Positions 1-9,523 of a DNA stretch of 64,000 nucleotides are shown in pieces (position 1 is the first letter of the stretch; every line of letters starts with the position of its first letter). A program made the position numbers and the translations under genes. A model generated the notes under the pieces. That model saw only the letters and a program-made list of their open reading frames with translations. It made no database searches and was not told where the DNA came from. The DNA comes from an uncultured Candidatus Saccharibacteria bacterium. GTDB lineage: Bacteria; Patescibacteriota; Minisyncoccia; Phycocordibacterales; UBA918. The stretch covers positions 162,657-226,656 of the forward strand of contig CAYOAM010000003.1 in NCBI GenBank assembly GCA_964402035.1. The letters are read 5' to 3'.

Positions 1-166
1 CGTAACCATGAACAATCTTCTTCGGATCATGCCACGGCTGGCTAGTATCGAGCGCATCAATAAAATCACATACGAGGATATCCCCCGCTTCCCGCACAAT
101 ACTCTCCTGTTCACTTTTGATCGTTATAGGATTTTTTCTAAATTGAATACCGAGAATTTTTTTCAT
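1..166 (-). CDS. N-terminal part of a probable type 1 glutamine amidotransferase-like protein (runs off window start)
   Basis: Minus-strand ATG at 166 opens MKKILGIQFRKNPITIKSEQESIVREAG..., open to the window edge; N-terminus resembles CPR GATase1 proteins; catalytic residues are outside the window. Confidence 0.45.
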   Translation of the reverse strand, partial: MKKILGIQFRKNPITIKSEQESIVREAGDILVCDFIDALDTSQPWHDPKKIVHGY

Positions 167-209
167 ACGAAATCGCAACGTATAACCGTTCGCAATTCAA
201 CTTTACTAT

Positions 210-240
210 AAAAAAAGGAGGTGTGAAACACACCTCCTTG
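210..240 (-). terminator. Rho-independent terminator
   Basis: AAGGAGGTGTG-AAA-CACACCTCCTT hairpin; the adjacent A-run is a U-tail on the minus strand just past the stop at 244. Confidence 0.75.
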
Positions 241-243
241 GCA

Positions 244-1272
244 CTACCCAAACACAAACGGAGAAAGTACCGTACCTCGCACATGCCCTCGAATCCTCGG
301 ATTTGGGCGAGGGCTTGAACAGACCAAACCACCAAGTACTTCAAAGTCACCGGTATATGGATTGTACACTGCGTGCCCATAAAACACTGATGCATACTCG
401 TCGCCGATTAGCGTCATGCTTGGCACGTATGGCTGTGCAACAAATCCACCAGCTGTCGCATCGATCGCGGACATTACATCGTCCAATCGGCTGTAACACT
501 CGGGCCAACATCCTGAAGGTGCTCTTCGACGTAACTCTTCCGGCACCAAGAATCGCAATCGAGGTGTCACGTCTGCATCGACAGGTCGAAACACAAATGC
601 ACTATGTGCAATATCGAGTGGTTCTCCATTTCCGTACGCAATAATCGTCTCATTGCGACTAACCGACACAATGTCCACGCTGCGCCATAGACCCATGCCA
701 ATACCATACCGACGACCGCCATGTTCAAGTGGAACAAGCGACAATCGCTTATACTGCTCACGGACACGACGTTGTTTTTCTTTATCGTTGTGTGCAAACA
801 GACCACGAGCCACGAGTGCACTCTCCGCCATCAATGCTGTCTCGTGATCAATCGTATCAAGATACAGACCGTCATCAGCTTTTGCTTTGTCTTTCGCCAA
901 GATAAACCGTATCGGCATACCAAGACGATAGGCAAGATACTTTATCAATTTTTCTACCCGTTCTCCCAGTGACGGATTGAAATACGATGCGGTCCCCAGG
1001 CCATAGCCGCGCGGGTCAATAGACAGTACCTGCAAGGCTCCCTGCTGATCAAACGAGCAGCAGATTCCAAGCATAATGGTTGGGATACCAAATGCTTTGT
1101 ATGCAAGATTGTCGTATTTGCCATACGGACTTTCACCAAGCCACCCTCGCACCGCATTTTGTAGCACGGTGCGATGGGTTGGAGAAAGTCTGGTGACATG
1201 TCGAGGTAGTACAGAATAATCCACCCAACCGACACGTGGCAGGTGCAACTTATGATCCTGAATTTCAACCAT
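244..1272 (-). CDS. Hypothetical protein, possibly ATP-grasp-like
   Basis: ORF 244..1431; likely start ATG 1272 after a GAGGAG RBS; C-terminal FVAQPYVP and GGLV segments weakly recall ATP-grasp folds. Confidence 0.55.
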   Translation of the reverse strand: MVEIQDHKLHLPRVGWVDYSVLPRHVTRLSPTHRTVLQNAVRGWLGESPYGKYDNLAYKAFGIPTIMLGICCSFDQQGALQVLSIDPRGYGLGTASYFNPSLGERVEKLIKYLAYRLGMPIRFILAKDKAKADDGLYLDTIDHETALMAESALVARGLFAHNDKEKQRRVREQYKRLSLVPLEHGGRRYGIGMGLWRSVDIVSVSRNETIIAYGNGEPLDIAHSAFVFRPVDADVTPRLRFLVPEELRRRAPSGCWPECYSRLDDVMSAIDATAGGFVAQPYVPSMTLIGDEYASVFYGHAVYNPYTGDFEVLGGLVCSSPRPNPRIRGHVRGTVLSPFVFG

Positions 1273-1442
1273 CGTTTTCTCCTCTATGAAAGGAACATGA
1301 CATCTTGAGTACCGTGCGATCGCATGTACATGCAATCGCATGGTACTCAAGCTCAAACCAAATCTCAGAGCTACGCCTTGAGATTTGGACATTGACGCAA
1401 ATCTTTTTTCGCACCAATGTCCACCCCTCAACCGTATAAACT

Positions 1443-1469
1443 AAAACCGGCCCTTGCGAGGCCGGTTTT
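1443..1469. terminator. Bidirectional terminator hairpin
   Basis: AAAACCGGCC-CTTGCGA-GGCCGGTTTT. Confidence 0.65.
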
Positions 1470-1592
1470 GTCTTGAGAAAAAATATACAGACTAACGGAC
1501 CCCGCTTTGGGACATAAAAAACATAAAGCGTGACCATGTAGCGTTGTTTCGTTGCATAGGCATACTGTAATTCTTTTTGATTTGGAGGTCAA

Positions 1593-3002
1593 CTAGTACG
1601 GTGTCGAAGACGCTGGCGTTGAGGTCCCAGCAACTTCAGCTTCTGGCAGTGTTGCTTCAGTACTCGAAGCTACAGCAACTGTCGATGTGGCGACTTCAAC
1701 AGACACCGGCACTTCGCTCGTAGGCGAAATGAGTTGCTCAGTCATAATCAGCATGTCGCGGATGAGTTCCCGTGCTTCTTTTGCTGCTACTTCCGCATGT
1801 GCGAGCGTCTCTTCAGTATGTGAAAGTGCAGCGTCAATAATAACAATATCCTTCAGCACGATATCCATACCCGTTCCTATTTTAGTAATCAAACCATCGT
1901 CGGTTGATGACGCCATGCGCGCACGAATAATTGCGATACTCGATGTTGCTTCAGCGGTAAACGATCGCAGCGCATCTTGGCGTTCTTCGTCGGTCAATAT
2001 TTTTGGTACCAATTCCTCAAGTGTTACTGAGCGGCGCACATCAATATCCGTCATGAATGCAATAATTTTTTGCGTATCTCCAAGCACCTCCTTCAATTCC
2101 TTTATAGCTTCTATTGCATCGCCTGATTCTTGCAGCTCACGCACATGCCCTACTCGGCGCCCAATATCTTCCAATCGTCGAGAAATATCTACGCGCTCAT
2201 CGTCTGAGACCGCCGTATTGATCGTCATGAACAACTCATGAGCACGAGTTGTTTCTACTTCGACTTCAGCAGAAAAGCGCTCATACGAGGAGAGCGTCGG
2301 TTCATCAGCATTCTCCACACGCACAATCTCACGCGCATCACGCACGGTCGAGGCGAGCATTTGTATCTGCACATCTTCTTTGGTTGTTGATCCGTGGCCA
2401 GTTTCCAACACTGCGCTCTGCACATCGAGAGCGGATTCCAACACAACCTGCGCAACCGCAGCCTCATCGGCATTGTTTTCACGCAGTGTAGCTAGCTCCT
2501 TTTGTGCGGTAGCCGCATGCGCTTTCACCGTTTCATTTATTTGTGCCTCAACAACATCAGTCAACTTCCCTTCCTTCGCCAATAGCCGCGCTTCAGCAAT
2601 GCGCCGTTCTACACGACGTGTCTCCCACACCACTTTTTCGTATGAAGAAAATGATAGCGATGCATACGCTTCTTCATTGACATGAAGCTTCACCGCATAC
2701 AGCGTCTCGCCAGGCACCGCGCGTTCTGCTGCAAGCGGCACACTCGCTACGAGCAGTATTGCAAAAGCTCCCGCCGTTATGCGCGCAGACCATGACTTAA
2801 GACCAACATGTATATATGAAAATTGTTCTGTATAAGCAGGCGCTGGTTCTTTTGCTTTTATTTTTTTAGGAGTTTGGAACGACACTGGCAGCGGATGATA
2901 CTCCATGTATGAAATGATACGTTCACGCAACAAATGACTCTCCGCTTTTTTTAAGCGAATCTTTTGTGCTGCGTGAGTAATTTTTTTCTCGAATTGTTCC
3001 AT
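1593..3002 (-). CDS. DUF5667-type membrane protein, probable anti-sigma partner
   Basis: Single TM segment followed by AERAVPGETLYAVKLHVNE motif and long helical region; directly downstream of the ECF sigma gene. Confidence 0.7.
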   Translation of the reverse strand: MEQFEKKITHAAQKIRLKKAESHLLRERIISYMEYHPLPVSFQTPKKIKAKEPAPAYTEQFSYIHVGLKSWSARITAGAFAILLVASVPLAAERAVPGETLYAVKLHVNEEAYASLSFSSYEKVVWETRRVERRIAEARLLAKEGKLTDVVEAQINETVKAHAATAQKELATLRENNADEAAVAQVVLESALDVQSAVLETGHGSTTKEDVQIQMLASTVRDAREIVRVENADEPTLSSYERFSAEVEVETTRAHELFMTINTAVSDDERVDISRRLEDIGRRVGHVRELQESGDAIEAIKELKEVLGDTQKIIAFMTDIDVRRSVTLEELVPKILTDEERQDALRSFTAEATSSIAIIRARMASSTDDGLITKIGTGMDIVLKDIVIIDAALSHTEETLAHAEVAAKEARELIRDMLIMTEQLISPTSEVPVSVEVATSTVAVASSTEATLPEAEVAGTSTPASSTPY

Positions 3003-3008
3003 GAAATG

Positions 3009-3563
3009 TTACGGCGTCCCTGTGATCATGTCGCGTAACACTTTCATGCCACGATTGATCCGTACTGAGACCACGTTTTCTGTTTCTTCAATGAGTACCG
3101 CTATCTCTTTTGGGCCAAGTCCATCTACGTACCTTAGTGTCAAAATCTCACGATAGACGAGCGGCATTGTACCTATAACTTCGATGATTCGTTTTGCATC
3201 GAGCGCCGCCAATGTCTCCTCGAGTGACCCTTCCGCTAGATCGGAAAACCGTCCACTGTCCATCCCCTCTTCTTCCAACAGTGCGTCGAGCGACTCTGTG
3301 CGACGTCTGCGATACTCGTCAATGATCAGGTTACCGAGGATTTTGTAGAGGAATGGTCGATATGTCTCAACCACATTTCCCCCACGTACGTACCCCCAAG
3401 CTTTTGTAAATGCATCATGCACGAGCTCTATTGCCCGCTCATGATCAGATACACGTATGACCGCATGCCGATACAACGCATCAGCATAATCATCAAACGC
3501 TTTCAAAAAACGTTCTTCGTGGCTCCCCGCTGCCTCGTTCGCTTTTAACGTTCGTTTGGCCAT
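3009..3563 (-). CDS. ECF RNA polymerase sigma factor
   Basis: Region 2 (ELVHDAFTKAW...FLYKILGNLIIDEYRR) and region 4 HTH (LRYVDGLGPKEIA...VSVRINRG). Confidence 0.9.
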   Translation of the reverse strand: MAKRTLKANEAAGSHEERFLKAFDDYADALYRHAVIRVSDHERAIELVHDAFTKAWGYVRGGNVVETYRPFLYKILGNLIIDEYRRRRTESLDALLEEEGMDSGRFSDLAEGSLEETLAALDAKRIIEVIGTMPLVYREILTLRYVDGLGPKEIAVLIEETENVVSVRINRGMKVLRDMITGTP

Positions 3564-3763
3564 GTGGAACCATTATATATAAAGACGTACGAGAGTACGA
3601 ACCCTTTCAGTGCTTAGGAAGCACAAATGGGGAAAATACAAGGTTTAGCGAAATTAACCGTTTTATGTGCAATCATTGAGTTTGTTCTTAGGGTTTGGGG
3701 GATGAATCTAAGCCTATTTATTTTAGAAAATGGCTTTGTTGAAGTGTTTTTATGGTTTTAGCT

Positions 3764-3792
3764 TGACATTTTAGTTAGATATGACATTATAA
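3764..3792 (+). promoter_or_regulatory. Sigma70-type promoter
   Basis: Perfect TTGACA near 3763 followed ~17 nt later by a TATAAA/CATTAT -10-like region upstream of ORF 3817. Confidence 0.5.
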
Positions 3793-3816
3793 AAGCAGGA
3801 CTGGTTCTAGGAAAGG

Positions 3817-4161
3817 ATGGACAAAATGATACGCGCGACCATTCAGGGTTCGTTTTCGGGTCAAGCCGTAATCGACGCCGTTAAGGCCGTTGCTGAAGAA
3901 TTGTATCTAGTTGAGGATGGGTTCGACGATGGCCCAACAAAGACTGTGGGGCAGCGTTCCAATGACCCGCACAAGCACATCATCGTGCTAGTGGATTCCT
4001 CCGATTCAATTCACCCGAAGAGAAAGTATTCCGTGGTTACCGTTCAACATCATGGTTGGGGTGGTAGGGTATTCGCCATTGAGCCCACAGCTGAATGCAA
4101 AATTCAGGAGGTCAGAGACTTTTGCAGCAGACTCTCTGCCTATTTGAATTTGAACCCTTGA
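3817..4161 (+). CDS. Hypothetical protein
   Basis: 114-aa ORF with upstream promoter, AGGAAAGG RBS and downstream terminator. Confidence 0.6.
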   Translation: MDKMIRATIQGSFSGQAVIDAVKAVAEELYLVEDGFDDGPTKTVGQRSNDPHKHIIVLVDSSDSIHPKRKYSVVTVQHHGWGGRVFAIEPTAECKIQEVRDFCSRLSAYLNLNP

Positions 4162-4176
4162 TTTTCGATTTTCACC

Positions 4177-4229
4177 CGCCCAACCCCAGAGATCGCCCGA
4201 TCTCTGGGGTTGGGCGTTTTCTTTTTTTG
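4177..4229 (+). terminator. Rho-independent terminator
   Basis: CGCCCAACCCCAGAGATCG/CGATCTCTGGGGTTGGGCG perfect stem followed by T-runs. Confidence 0.85.
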
Positions 4230-4571
4230 TATAAAGACGTGAGTTTTAGAGGGAACGGGGCCGAGTAATCGGTCACAACTCTCGCTTCGCTCGGTCGCGA
4301 CCCCGCCTCAGCGCTGCATCCCGCCCCGCGGGCGCGCTTGCGGCCTTCGATTCTCGGACGGAAAGCACCCCGTGCTTTCCTCACCCAACGAAAATACTGC
4401 GTATTTTCGGGGCGCTAGATCGTCCCCAAAATTCTAACTAAAATCAGTACTACGTCTGATTTTAGCTAAGATTTCTGGACGGCGACTCGAATATTGCACT
4501 GAAAAGTGCAATATATACTGCGCCGCTTCGATTCTCGGTCGAAAGCTTTGCTTTCTCGCACCTCACTTCGT

Positions 4572-4642
4572 TCGGGGCGCCGAGAATCGAACTCGGTCTA
4601 TCTGGTCCCAAACCAGACGTACTACCGGTATACTACGCCCCG
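4572..4642 (-). tRNA. tRNA-Pro(TGG)
   Basis: Minus strand CGGGGCG acceptor stem, anticodon arm TCTGG-TTTGGGA-CCAGA, T-loop GTTCGATT; CCA not encoded. Confidence 0.95.
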
Positions 4643-4841
4643 TATATATTTATTTTACATTAAAACCAGGCCTACCGGTCCGCTAGCTGGCGGAACTACG
4701 CCCTGTATATTTGATGTAGCCACTATCCTAACACGGCACAATAAAAAAGCGAAGAAATTGGCTAATTCTCAAGCATATAGAGCATAAAGGTCATAATGTC
4801 CTTTATGCTCACCCACTATTCTATTTACAATACTTCCCATT

Positions 4842-5789
4842 TGTTACACGTGAAACTACTGATACCGTCACAAAATTCTAGTTTATTTTTGAAAATTTCT
4901 TCACAAAGATATAGTTTCACATGGAACACTATTAATTACAATACAAAAATCACTCCATGATCACATTATCAATAATCCGAATAGTAGCTTTTCTCGATAC
5001 TGGATCAATTGCCACAGCCGCAACATCAAGCTGCCAATCCCCTTTATATTGATTTTTAGCAATCCATACTTGGATAGTGTTGTAGACTTTTCTCAATTTA
5101 TCCCTATGTACATTGTCTTCTGGTCTGTATGTTCCATGTGAAACATTATATTTAGAAATATTTTCCCCCATTTCACGTGAAACTGTCTTAACTTCAATGA
5201 AATGAACTCTTCTATCTTTTTCTAAAATGATGTCAATTTCTCCTGTTTTTGCCCGAAAATTGGATTCAATATGAGAAAAACCTTGCCTTTTGAGATGGTT
5301 CCACGTGGCAATTTCGCCTTTCCTACCCAGAGTCATCTTTAAAGTTTCCATAGTGTACTAGGTAAAGTATATCCAGTAATAGAGTTTTCTGTTGCCAGTA
5401 TGCACAGTTCCATGTGGAACAGTCAGATAATACTGACCTATTCAATTATGTAAGAAAATACTTGAATAGAACTTACTTTCTACTCATTCAAAATGAAACA
5501 CTGAATTCACTTTGGCATGTTTCATGTGTAACATGTTCCACGTGGCACACTTATTTATAGAAACCTTATTTTAAGCCATTTTATAAAATTCAATGTCTTT
5601 TATATTTGTCCTTTATACACATATCCACTGACTTATACACAGGTGGAAATTTGTCTGAAAAAGTCATTTCCACAGTCTGTACAGCTGTTTTGCAGAGGAA
5701 ATCAAGTGGAAATTCACAGCGTTGTACCCAAAAATTACCTCCACTTGTGGATAAATAGGGAGGACGTGTATCTAGTTTCATGTGGAACT
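4842..5789. promoter_or_regulatory. Cluster of nine parS-like palindromes
   Basis: 16-mers matching TGTTTCACGTGAAACA consensus at 4842, 4913, 5130, 5169, 5297, 5406, 5518, 5534, 5774. Confidence 0.85.
4950..5351 (-). CDS. yraN: YraN (UPF0102) family nuclease
   Basis: LGRKGE...NFRAKTGEIDIILEKDRRVHFIEVKT PD-(D/E)XK motif. Confidence 0.9.
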   Translation of the reverse strand: METLKMTLGRKGEIATWNHLKRQGFSHIESNFRAKTGEIDIILEKDRRVHFIEVKTVSREMGENISKYNVSHGTYRPEDNVHRDKLRKVYNTIQVWIAKNQYKGDWQLDVAAVAIDPVSRKATIRIIDNVIME

Positions 5790-5963
5790 GGATTTATTCG
5801 TCTTTTAGTAGAGTTTTGGGGTCAGGTTCGTAATTCGTTTCATCTTTCAGTGAAACTCATAACGACCTCCTCCCCGGACTCGTGGTTTTTGCACTAGGCA
5901 AAAACATCGCTCCGTCTCACAAAACGCAAAATACGAGACGTTGGTCTCGTATTTTGTCTGTTT

Positions 5964-5986
5964 TGTGCGGGCAGGGGGAATCGAAC
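5964..5986 (-). repeat. Direct duplicate of tRNA-Gly 3' end
   Basis: TGTGCGGGCAGGGGGAATCGAAC identical to 6110-6132. Confidence 0.85.
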
Positions 5987-6111
5987 TCTACGAGTTCGGT
6001 ATGGTCTGTCGCTATTTTGTTTTGTCTAGGACTCACAAAATTGCTGGCAGACCCTTCGATTCCCGGCAAAAAGAAGGCTTTTTGCTCCTGCAGCCAAATA
6101 CTGCGTATCTG

Positions 6112-6182
6112 TGCGGGCAGGGGGAATCGAACCCCCGACTCATCCATGGCAAGGATGTATTCTACCACTAAACCATGCCCGC
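6112..6182 (-). tRNA. tRNA-Gly(GCC)
   Basis: Minus strand GCGGGCA acceptor, anticodon arm CATCC-TTGCCAT-GGATG, GGTTCGATTCC T-arm. Confidence 0.95.
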
Positions 6183-6319
6183 TTTGTGAGACGATTATAC
6201 TACATCACCCAACATAATCCAGCGTTTAAATATGCTGTGCGCTATATTTTAATAAATTGACTAATGTAGATATTGCTGTAGATTGACGCCTAGGTTCAAT
6301 CCAAAATAGGGGAGTGGCG

Positions 6320-6949
6320 ATGAAATCCAACGCAGAAGCAATCTCCAGATTTGTACGTGATCTGGAGGTAAAACTTGACCTTGCGTATGCGGTTCCAGGA
6401 CACATACTATTTCAAGACTTTCAGCTTACTCCAACTGCGGAACCTATGGGAGTCGTGGAGATCTTGTACAACTCATGGAAGAGACTTGCACCTCCTGAAC
6501 AATCCCGCGCGACTGACCTTGTTGCTGACACCCTCACATGTTGTGCTGCGGTGTACACGAGAACGAATTTCGATGTCACCATAGTCCTTTTGGATTTGGC
6601 ATATGCCATCAATCCAAAGCTGGTGCCCAGAGATGTGCTCCGTACCCTCTTCCTTCGGCCATCGGGGCTTCCTCATGAAGAAGCGGTACATCCGGTATTT
6701 CTCGGCCGGCTTATGAGTAGCATGATGTCGAAAAGTCTTAAGAATCCGCTAACCAACGACGAGTGGGCTTGGGTCGGAAGTCACATCGAACTACTTTCTC
6801 TTGACAAGCTAATCTACTACACGAGAAAACATCCCGAAATCGACGTTGCTTCAGTTCTGAGACGGCGAATTCAGGAAAATAGATCTACCTTTTTTGTATT
6901 CGGGGAAAATCCCGACGTACTTCTTGAGTTGCTCTCAAAAGCCGCCTGA
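6320..6949 (+). CDS. Hypothetical protein
   Basis: ~209-aa ORF after AGGGGAG RBS, between two tRNA genes. Confidence 0.6.
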   Translation: MKSNAEAISRFVRDLEVKLDLAYAVPGHILFQDFQLTPTAEPMGVVEILYNSWKRLAPPEQSRATDLVADTLTCCAAVYTRTNFDVTIVLLDLAYAINPKLVPRDVLRTLFLRPSGLPHEEAVHPVFLGRLMSSMMSKSLKNPLTNDEWAWVGSHIELLSLDKLIYYTRKHPEIDVASVLRRRIQENRSTFFVFGENPDVLLELLSKAA

Positions 6950-7057
6950 CAGGCTCCCAATCGGGTGCCTGTTTTTAAATTCCAATACGCTCGCAAATGT
7001 TGTCCTGCTTTGCCCATGTATGAAAAAACAACGCCCATGCGTTGTTTTTTCTCATGT

Positions 7058-7079
7058 GTGCACCTGTCAGGACTCGAAC
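7058..7079 (-). repeat. Direct duplicate of tRNA-Arg 3' end
   Basis: GTGCACCTGTCAGGACTCGAAC identical to 7199-7220. Confidence 0.85.
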
Positions 7080-7199
7080 ATTACATGTTCAGTTCAGGTT
7101 GTATGATAATTTCTTCCATTGGTCGAAATTATCGACAACCTTTTCGAGTCCATGGGCCTGAAATAAAAAACCGGCATAAAGCCGGCTTTTTATTTCAGG

Positions 7200-7271
7200 T
7201 GCACCTGTCAGGACTCGAACCTGAAACGTCTCGTCCGAAGCGAGATATGATATCCATTTCACTACAGGTGC
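7200..7271 (-). tRNA. tRNA-Arg(TCG)
   Basis: Minus strand GCACCTG acceptor, anticodon arm TCTCG-CTTCGGA-CGAGA, GGTTCGAGTCC T-arm; downstream terminator at 7165-7191. Confidence 0.95.
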
Positions 7272-7288
7272 ATGTGACACTGAGCTTA

Positions 7289-7966
7289 CTACCCTTTCAT
7301 TAAATATTCAAACTGCATTGATTGCCAAAATTTCATTTGACAAAGAAGCGCGTGGCTCTTAGGTACCTCTATACGAAGACACCCAATGTACCCTGGGCGT
7401 TTTTTAACGCCCAGGTTTGTTGGTTTATATACAGTTTTAACAAATTGTGCTTCTGAAACTCCAAGCTTTTTCATCCAAAGTGCCTCGAGATGTTCGTGTG
7501 CGTATGGTTTGTGAATATACAACCGATATCGCAAGGTTATACGCTCTCGTTGTACGAATTTCTCTAACCAATGAATCATGACGAGCGCCATTTCATAGTC
7601 AGAATTCGTGAATAAAAATTGATTATGTCGCCGTGCTCCCTCAGCCCAATACAACGCAATCCCGATATGAAATAGGGGATCATCCTTATACTGCTTAAAA
7701 ATTGTTTTTGCGGAAATAAAATACTCTTTTTCGCGGATAAGTCTGTTTCGCCTATGCACCGCACCTGCACGTATACGACCTCTTGTAATATTGCCCTCTT
7801 TTCTTTTTCTCAGAAAGATCTTTTCTTCGGCAGTTAACGGAAAATCTTTCAACCAGAGCGATAGGGAACTTTTCGACACCAAAACCTCTTTTAGAATTTC
7901 TTTGTAGCTTAAGCCCTGTCTTCTCAATTCTATTGCTCTATTTTTTTCTATTAGTTTAGGGACCAT
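7289..7966 (-). CDS. HTH plus degenerate LAGLIDADG-like protein
   Basis: N-terminal HTH (LRRQGLSYKEI...VSKSSLSLWL) and IALYWAEG...FTNSD helix typical of LAGLIDADG-derived tRNA-adjacent proteins. Confidence 0.65.
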   Translation of the reverse strand: MVPKLIEKNRAIELRRQGLSYKEILKEVLVSKSSLSLWLKDFPLTAEEKIFLRKRKEGNITRGRIRAGAVHRRNRLIREKEYFISAKTIFKQYKDDPLFHIGIALYWAEGARRHNQFLFTNSDYEMALVMIHWLEKFVQRERITLRYRLYIHKPYAHEHLEALWMKKLGVSEAQFVKTVYKPTNLGVKKRPGYIGCLRIEVPKSHALLCQMKFWQSMQFEYLMKG

Positions 7967-8040
7967 GTTACATTTCATAATAACATGGTTCGAACACCAG
8001 TCGAGTAGCTAAAATGCAAAAATGGTTCTAGAATGACGGT

Positions 8041-9519
8041 ATGTCAATGATAGTCCGCAGCGAAATTCCGAAAGAAGTACTCTTTGTCGCAGACACGCTC
8101 GAAGCAGCGGGTTTTGAAGCATACCTCATCGGAGGCTGCGTGCGCGACATCTTAATAGGGAAGCGACCAAAGGATTGGGACATCACCACCAATGCACGTC
8201 CAGAAGAAATAACAGGACTCTTTGTGAACACCTACCAGAACAATGATTTTGGCACGGTGGGCGTCGTCAACGACGAAACGACTGACGAGACGCTCAAAGT
8301 AGTCGAAGTCACTCCATATCGCGTAGAATCAAGCTATTCTGACGCGCGCAGACCTGATTCTGTCTCATTTAGTACTTCAATTGAGGACGATCTCAAACGC
8401 CGCGACTTTACCATCAACGCTATTGCGTATCGCCCTAGAAACGAGGAATTTATTGATCTGTTCGAAGGAATAGGGGACTTAAAGGCAAAACGACTCCGCG
8501 CGGTAGGTATTCCGCATGACCGCTTTGCTGAAGATGCTCTCAGGATGATGCGTGCCGTTCGACTTGCGGTCGAGCTTTCATTAGTTATTGATGGTGACAC
8601 GCTGACCGCCATAGCGGGCAACGCCGAAAACCTAGGTCGTATATCGAAAGAGCGCATTCGAGACGAGTTTATCCGTATCTTGCAATCGAAGCAGCCCATG
8701 CAAGGCATTATTTTCCTTGAAAAGCTTGGCCTTTTGCCCTATATCGCTCCTGACCTCCTCCGGGGCATCGGGGTCGCGCAAAACCAAGCCCATGCTTTCG
8801 ATGTATACGAGCATCTCCTGCGCACCATGCAGCATGCTGCAGACCAAGATTGGCACTTTGATATCCGCCTTGCAGGACTTTTTCATGATATCTCAAAACC
8901 TGAGACTCGACGCTGGTCCGATGAGAAGAAAGATTGGACGTTTCATGGGCACGAAGTGGTTGGTGTACGTGTAACAAAAAAAGCGCTTGAAGCACTCAAG
9001 TTTCCACGTGAAACGATGGATCGGGTCCTAAAACTCGTACGCTGGCACATGTTTTTTTCAGACCCGGATCAAGTCACTCTTTCTGCCGTACGTCGGACCA
9101 TACAAAATGTGGGGGAGGAGAACGTGTGGGATCTATTAAAACTCCGTATTTGTGACCGCATCGGCACGGGGCGACCAAAGGCACAGCCATTTAGACTCCG
9201 CAAATACACTGCGATGGTGGAAGAAGCACTTCGCGACCCAATTAGCGTCAAGATGTTGAAGATTGATGGGGCAAAAATTATGGAAATTAGTGGGGAAAAG
9301 CCCGGGCCAAAGCTTGGTCATGCCCTCCATGCACTCCTCGAAGAGGTACTTGAAGATCCAAAGGTAAATACGGCTGAATACTTGGAAAAGAGAGCGGCAG
9401 ATCTTATGAAAATGCCTATTGACGCACTTAAAGCTCTTGGTGATAAGGGGAAGGATAAGCAGCGATTAGAAGAAGAAGGTGCAATCAAAGCTATCCAGAG
9501 AAAGCACCATGTAGCCTAA
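8041..9519 (+). CDS. cca: CCA tRNA nucleotidyltransferase with HD domain
   Basis: GGCVRD, DWDITT, RRDFTINA, EDALRMMRA, FHDISKP motifs. Confidence 0.9.
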   Translation: MSMIVRSEIPKEVLFVADTLEAAGFEAYLIGGCVRDILIGKRPKDWDITTNARPEEITGLFVNTYQNNDFGTVGVVNDETTDETLKVVEVTPYRVESSYSDARRPDSVSFSTSIEDDLKRRDFTINAIAYRPRNEEFIDLFEGIGDLKAKRLRAVGIPHDRFAEDALRMMRAVRLAVELSLVIDGDTLTAIAGNAENLGRISKERIRDEFIRILQSKQPMQGIIFLEKLGLLPYIAPDLLRGIGVAQNQAHAFDVYEHLLRTMQHAADQDWHFDIRLAGLFHDISKPETRRWSDEKKDWTFHGHEVVGVRVTKKALEALKFPRETMDRVLKLVRWHMFFSDPDQVTLSAVRRTIQNVGEENVWDLLKLRICDRIGTGRPKAQPFRLRKYTAMVEEALRDPISVKMLKIDGAKIMEISGEKPGPKLGHALHALLEEVLEDPKVNTAEYLEKRAADLMKMPIDALKALGDKGKDKQRLEEEGAIKAIQRKHHVA

Positions 9520-9523
9520 AACG

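Noticed and set aside
8-211. Plus-strand 67-aa ORF and the many other antisense or shadow ORFs in the track (e.g. 1687-2241, 45878-46600, 62433-63074)
   Set aside because: They overlap better-supported genes on the other strand or frame and have no recognisable motifs.
5600-5760. Second replication origin at the DnaA-box-like sites
   Set aside because: The dnaA-dnaN spacer has the canonical context and AT-rich tract; similar 9-mers are scattered elsewhere (~9985, ~25946, ~58000).
4842-5789. CRISPR array suggested by recurring GTTTCA...GAAAC
   Set aside because: Units are 16-bp palindromes with irregular spacing, some inside a CDS, and no cas genes; they match parS.
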